From positions 6,396 through 38,395 of the forward strand of contig NZ_JHUX01000012.1 in assembly GCF_000619845.1 (NCBI RefSeq): 32,000 bases of DNA. Reading direction: 5' to 3'. This document shows positions 28,620-32,000 of the stretch, piece after piece. The translations under genes were made by a program, and so were the position numbers. Source of the DNA: Alkanindiges illinoisensis DSM 15370 (GTDB lineage Bacteria > Pseudomonadota > Gammaproteobacteria > Pseudomonadales > Moraxellaceae). Under the pieces are notes generated by a model, which made no database searches, was not told the DNA's origin, and saw only the letters and a list, made by a program, of their open reading frames with translations. The stretch's first letter is position 1, and every line of letters starts with the position of its first letter.

Positions 28620-29789
28620 TCAGGTTTGTCCGGTTTGCTTTAGATAATCCTGATAATGCACCACCTGATTACGCCCCAGATTTTTGGCATGGTACAGGGC
28701 TTCGTCCGCCTGTTTTAGCACGGTATCCAGACTGGTAATATTGCAGTCAAAATGGGTAATCCCAAAGCTGGCAGTCACTACCACATCTTCACCATGATCC
28801 CCCTGTACCTTGAGCTTGGCCAGTTCATTGCGGCAGCGTTCGGCAATTTGCTGGGTTTGCTGGTAGGAAGTATTGGCCACCACAATAATAAATTCCTCGC
28901 CACCAAAGCGCCCGACAATATCTTCACTGCGGATGGTACGTTTGAGCACTTTGGCAGTTTCTACCAGTGCCTTGTCACCAATGGTATGGCCGTGGCTATC
29001 ATTAATTTGCTTGAAATAATCCAGATCCAGCAAAATCAGTGCATGCAGACGGTGATCGGTATAGCGCTTGGCCAGCAGAATTTCCAGAAAATCATAAATG
29101 GTACGGCGGTTATACAGCGTGGTGAGCGGATCAACCTGACTTAGAACCTCAACCTTTTTTTCACGCTGACGCCACTGGCTAAGCAGCAGTTCCAGCAGCA
29201 CCAGCCCGCCAATAAATACCGGCAAAATAAACCACAGCATACTGGCTGTCCAGAAAATGGAAGACTCAGTCGGGTCAACAGGTATTAGTGGAATAAATAA
29301 CGGTGCATAAGGCAGCTCAGAGCGCAGGGTCAGCCACATGATCCAGGTAAAAATACCTACCGTAACCAGCGCAGCACTATAAATTATTGCACGCCGGAAC
29401 AGGAACAGCCCGACAATCATGGACACCATAAACGTCATGCTGGTGGCTGGACACATCACCCCGGACAAATACGCATCACGGCTCATCGACAGGCCAAATG
29501 CCATCACACTGACATAAGGTAAAATCACTTCGGCTCTTTTGGAACCCTGCAATATCCAGCACAGCAGCATCAATAGCGCCAGTGCAGGCAAAATCAGCAG
29601 GTTTAATAACAACTGGTTAAGCAATAGCTGAATATTGACAAAGGTCCATAACTCAGGCGTGAAATAAATATAAAGTTTCCACACCAGCCAGTCGCCATGA
29701 ATTAAAAGTGCCATGCTTAACATTAACAGGCATTTTTTAAGCGGTGACCAATTCAAAATAAATTCTGAATTTTTGTCTGTCGTATTCAT
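28620..29789 (-). CDS. Membrane-anchored diguanylate cyclase (GGDEF domain)
   Basis: The N-terminal half is polytopic (about 7-8 TM segments). The C-terminal GGDEF domain has an active-site GGEEF and an RxxD I-site (RSED) five residues upstream. Confidence 0.9.
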   Translation of the reverse strand: MNTTDKNSEFILNWSPLKKCLLMLSMALLIHGDWLVWKLYIYFTPELWTFVNIQLLLNQLLLNLLILPALALLMLLCWILQGSKRAEVILPYVSVMAFGLSMSRDAYLSGVMCPATSMTFMVSMIVGLFLFRRAIIYSAALVTVGIFTWIMWLTLRSELPYAPLFIPLIPVDPTESSIFWTASMLWFILPVFIGGLVLLELLLSQWRQREKKVEVLSQVDPLTTLYNRRTIYDFLEILLAKRYTDHRLHALILLDLDYFKQINDSHGHTIGDKALVETAKVLKRTIRSEDIVGRFGGEEFIIVVANTSYQQTQQIAERCRNELAKLKVQGDHGEDVVVTASFGITHFDCNITSLDTVLKQADEALYHAKNLGRNQVVHYQDYLKQTGQT

Positions 29790-30334
29790 AGGCTGCTTAT
29801 AAAATCAATAAAAAAGGACTGTATTGTTTTAGATGTATAGTCGTGTTATTGAGCATTCGGCCAGTACTTAATCATAGGGCTGAAACGATTGCAATCATTA
29901 GGCGACCAGCTGAATTTTAATTCGAGAAATAGTTAACGTTTGATCAAATAACTACCTTTTTTACCACAGTTTTAATTCATAAAAAACTGGTTTAAAAATA
30001 TACAGAATTTTATTTTAGCTCATAATGATTTTATTATATCACTGCGCGCTGATCATAATGATTAGAATTTAATTGGAGAATAGTAGTTTTGGCCAAAAAC
30101 CAATTGAAATACTTGGTTTAAAAAAATGACTAAAATAAACTCATAATTAAACAGAAGTTTTTATCGAGTTTAATTATTGTTCTCTCACATTTTGATGCCA
30201 GTCAGTTTATAAACTAAAAAATCTGTTGTGATAAAACAGAAAAGCCAAGGCTAGCCTCAATTGTCGTAATCAATAATAAAAGTGCACCAGTGCATTGTAC
30301 GATCACACATCTACCAGAATGAGAGAGCCACAGC

Positions 30335-31411
30335 ATGAGAACGTTTTATTGTCATCATTGCGGTCATCAGGTTTTCTTCCTGAACACCCATTGTGAAAAA
30401 TGCAATGCCCTACTTGGTTATCTGCCTGAAGAAGCCAATATGGGAACTTTCTTTGAAGTTAAAGTTGATGGCGCATGGCAAAGCCAAAACCCCCAGCATC
30501 AGGGAAAGCTGTTCAAGCCCTGCCATAACTATCAGGTTGAAAATATCTGCAACTGGATGTTGCCCGTTGAAAGTCCGCATATTTATTGCGAAGCCTGCCA
30601 GCTTACAACTGTCATTCCCAATCTGGAAGAGGGTAACAACCGGCTATACTGGAGCCGGCTTGAAGCAGCCAAACGGCGGTTCTTATATTCGCTGTACCAG
30701 CTTAAAATCCAGCCCCGCCCAAAACATTCGGCAGACGATCATGAAGGCCTGGCTTTTGAATTTCTTTCGCCACATGAAAATCAACCTGTAATGACCGGGC
30801 ATGACAATGGCCTGATTACCATTAATGTTAATGAAGCTGATGCGTCCTATCGGGAATGGACTCGGGAAAATATGCAGGAACCTTATCGGACACTGCTGGG
30901 TCATTTCAGGCATGAAAGCGGTCATTATTATTTTGACCGGCTCATTGAACACACCAAATGGCATCAGCCTTTTAAGGAACTGTTTGGTGATGATGCGCAA
31001 AGTTACCAGGCAGCACTAGATCGCCACTATCAGGACGGTGCACCGGACAACTGGCAGCAAAATTATGTCAGCAGTTATGCCAGCATGCACCCGTGGGAAG
31101 ACTGGGCAGAAACCTGGGCACATTACCTGCACATGATCGACACACTGGATACTGCCTATCATTCAGGAATCAATATCCAGCCTTATAACCGGTTTGAACC
31201 GCACATGTATCTGCATGAACCACCGATTGGTGTGCAGAACTTTAACCAAACGCTGGATAACTGGTTTGCCTTGAGCTATGCCTTAAATAGTCTAAATCGC
31301 AGTATGGGATTACCGGATGCCTATCCGTTTGCTTTATCTCAGGTGGTACTGGATAAATTACGCTTTATTCATCAAGTGTTGCTGGAAAAATTCATGCAAT
31401 CGCCACAATAA
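30335..31411 (+). CDS. Zinc-ribbon plus putative zinc-metallopeptidase (HExxH) family protein, function unknown
   Basis: N-terminal CHHCGHQVFFLNTHCEKC zinc ribbon. Central HESGH (HExxH) motif. The conserved C-terminal region WEDWAETWAHYLH resembles the uncharacterised putative zinc-binding metallopeptidase family, as far as I recall it. Confidence 0.75.
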   Translation: MRTFYCHHCGHQVFFLNTHCEKCNALLGYLPEEANMGTFFEVKVDGAWQSQNPQHQGKLFKPCHNYQVENICNWMLPVESPHIYCEACQLTTVIPNLEEGNNRLYWSRLEAAKRRFLYSLYQLKIQPRPKHSADDHEGLAFEFLSPHENQPVMTGHDNGLITINVNEADASYREWTRENMQEPYRTLLGHFRHESGHYYFDRLIEHTKWHQPFKELFGDDAQSYQAALDRHYQDGAPDNWQQNYVSSYASMHPWEDWAETWAHYLHMIDTLDTAYHSGINIQPYNRFEPHMYLHEPPIGVQNFNQTLDNWFALSYALNSLNRSMGLPDAYPFALSQVVLDKLRFIHQVLLEKFMQSPQ

Positions 31412-31494
31412 TACCAAAAACGCTGCTTTAACCAGCAATAAATGCCAAAACGTCTATAAAACGTTCTGTCGTTATGATGGAGGTAAAATAAGTA

Positions 31495-31522
31495 TTGACG
31501 TTGAGATGGGATGGTCTATAAT
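31495..31522 (+). promoter_or_regulatory. rRNA operon promoter P1 candidate
   Basis: TTGACG (31495-31500), a 16-nt spacer, TATAAT (31517-31522), then the GC-rich discriminator GCACCCC. The 16-nt spacer and GC discriminator are typical of stringently controlled rrn promoters. Confidence 0.7.
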
Positions 31523-31673
31523 GCACCCCACAGCGACGCTGAACTTGATAAAAACCTGTTGAAAAACAAGTAGTTGGGTAAGGTGGCTGGTTTTAGGTTG
31601 AGTTGATTGCGGTTGTTTTTTGAATGATTTTAACGGGTTGCATTGACCGGTTAAAACAGAATGAAAAAAGCGG

Positions 31674-31701
31674 TTGACAAGCGGTTTGAAATGAGTAGAA
31701 T
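31674..31701 (+). promoter_or_regulatory. rRNA operon promoter P2 candidate
   Basis: TTGACA (31674-31679), a 16-nt spacer, TAGAAT (31696-31701), then GGCCGACC. An A-tract (GAAAAAAG) lies just upstream in the UP-element position. Confidence 0.7.
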
Positions 31702-31739
31702 GGCCGACCTGAACGATGCAACACTGACGAGGTGTTGTG

Positions 31740-31772
31740 GCCCTTAAGAGATTAAGGGCTGATTCATTAAAA
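31740..31772 (+). promoter_or_regulatory. Candidate rrn antitermination boxB hairpin plus boxA-like element
   Basis: Hairpin GCCCTTAA-GAGA-TTAAGGGC (31740-31759) is followed directly by TGATTCATTAAAA (31760-31772). That partly matches the E. coli boxA TGCTCTTTAACAA. Confidence 0.4.
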
Positions 31773-31939
31773 GATTGTAAAGAACAACTTGTGTGGATTT
31801 TTACTGGTTTTTGGCGATGATAAATTATCATTGATTTGAACTGGTGAGAATTTCTCGAAGTTTATTTGAGCGAATTTTTAGCAAGTATTCGATTAATGAG
31901 CCAGATTTGGTGTCTTAGATTAAAGGCACAATTGATATT

Positions 31940-32000
31940 AAACTGAAGAGTTTGATCATGGCTCAGATTGAACGCTGGCGGCAGGCTTAACACATGCAAG
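31940..32000 (+). rRNA. rrs: 16S rRNA, 5' end (continues beyond the window)
   Basis: AAACTGAAGAGTTTGATCATGGCTCAGATTGAACGCTGGCGGCAGGCTTAACACATGCAAG is the universal bacterial 16S 5' region, including the 27F primer site. The start is set by alignment to the E. coli mature 5' end. Confidence 0.97.

Noticed and set aside
31317-31831. ORFs 31317..31562 (+) and 31472..31831 (-)
   Set aside because: They span the rRNA promoters and leader, and the region is fully explained by rrn regulatory elements.
1-32000. CRISPR arrays, IS elements, transposases, integrases, prophage or toxin-antitoxin/defence gene pairs
   Set aside because: I looked for regularly spaced direct repeats, terminal inverted repeats flanking ORFs, and characteristic motifs (DDE, tyrosine recombinase). 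None was found by eye, though a computational repeat scan would be more sensitive.

Overview
Chromosomal window from a gammaproteobacterium, probably Moraxellaceae or Acinetobacter-like. That assignment is my inference from the RpoB/RpoC sequence character and the 16S 5' end; no search was run. Gene order: 3' part of rpoB and complete rpoC; a lipoprotein and a RidA-family gene on the minus strand; an exported protein of unknown function; an alpha/beta hydrolase; tRNA-Ser(GGA); kup. Next comes an unusual locus at about 11.6-13.4 kb. It has two low-complexity exported proteins flanking about 950 bp of AT-rich DNA with no ORF of 60 aa or more, and that DNA carries two hairpin elements sharing a 22-nt core. 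After it: an exported DRGH-type non-specific nuclease, a small acidic protein and ychJ in apparent operon arrangement; a TRIC/UPF0126 membrane protein; a complete heavy-metal efflux cluster (czcI-like, czcC, czcB, czcA, czcD); two tandem YgiW/BOF-family genes; a VIT-family transporter; a GNAT; an amidase; a membrane GGDEF cyclase; a zinc-ribbon/HExxH metallopeptidase-family protein; and an rRNA operon start (tandem promoters, leader, first ~60 nt of 16S). I see no CRISPR array, transposase, integrase, phage genes or recognisable defence system. I cannot point to a clear multi-gene novel system. The least explained sequence is the 12.0-13.0 kb AT-rich hairpin-repeat region with its disordered exported neighbours, followed by the nuclease/acidic-protein pair and the repeat-rich regulatory regions upstream of czcI and between the GGDEF and metallopeptidase genes. 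ORF coordinates include stop codons, as in the supplied track.
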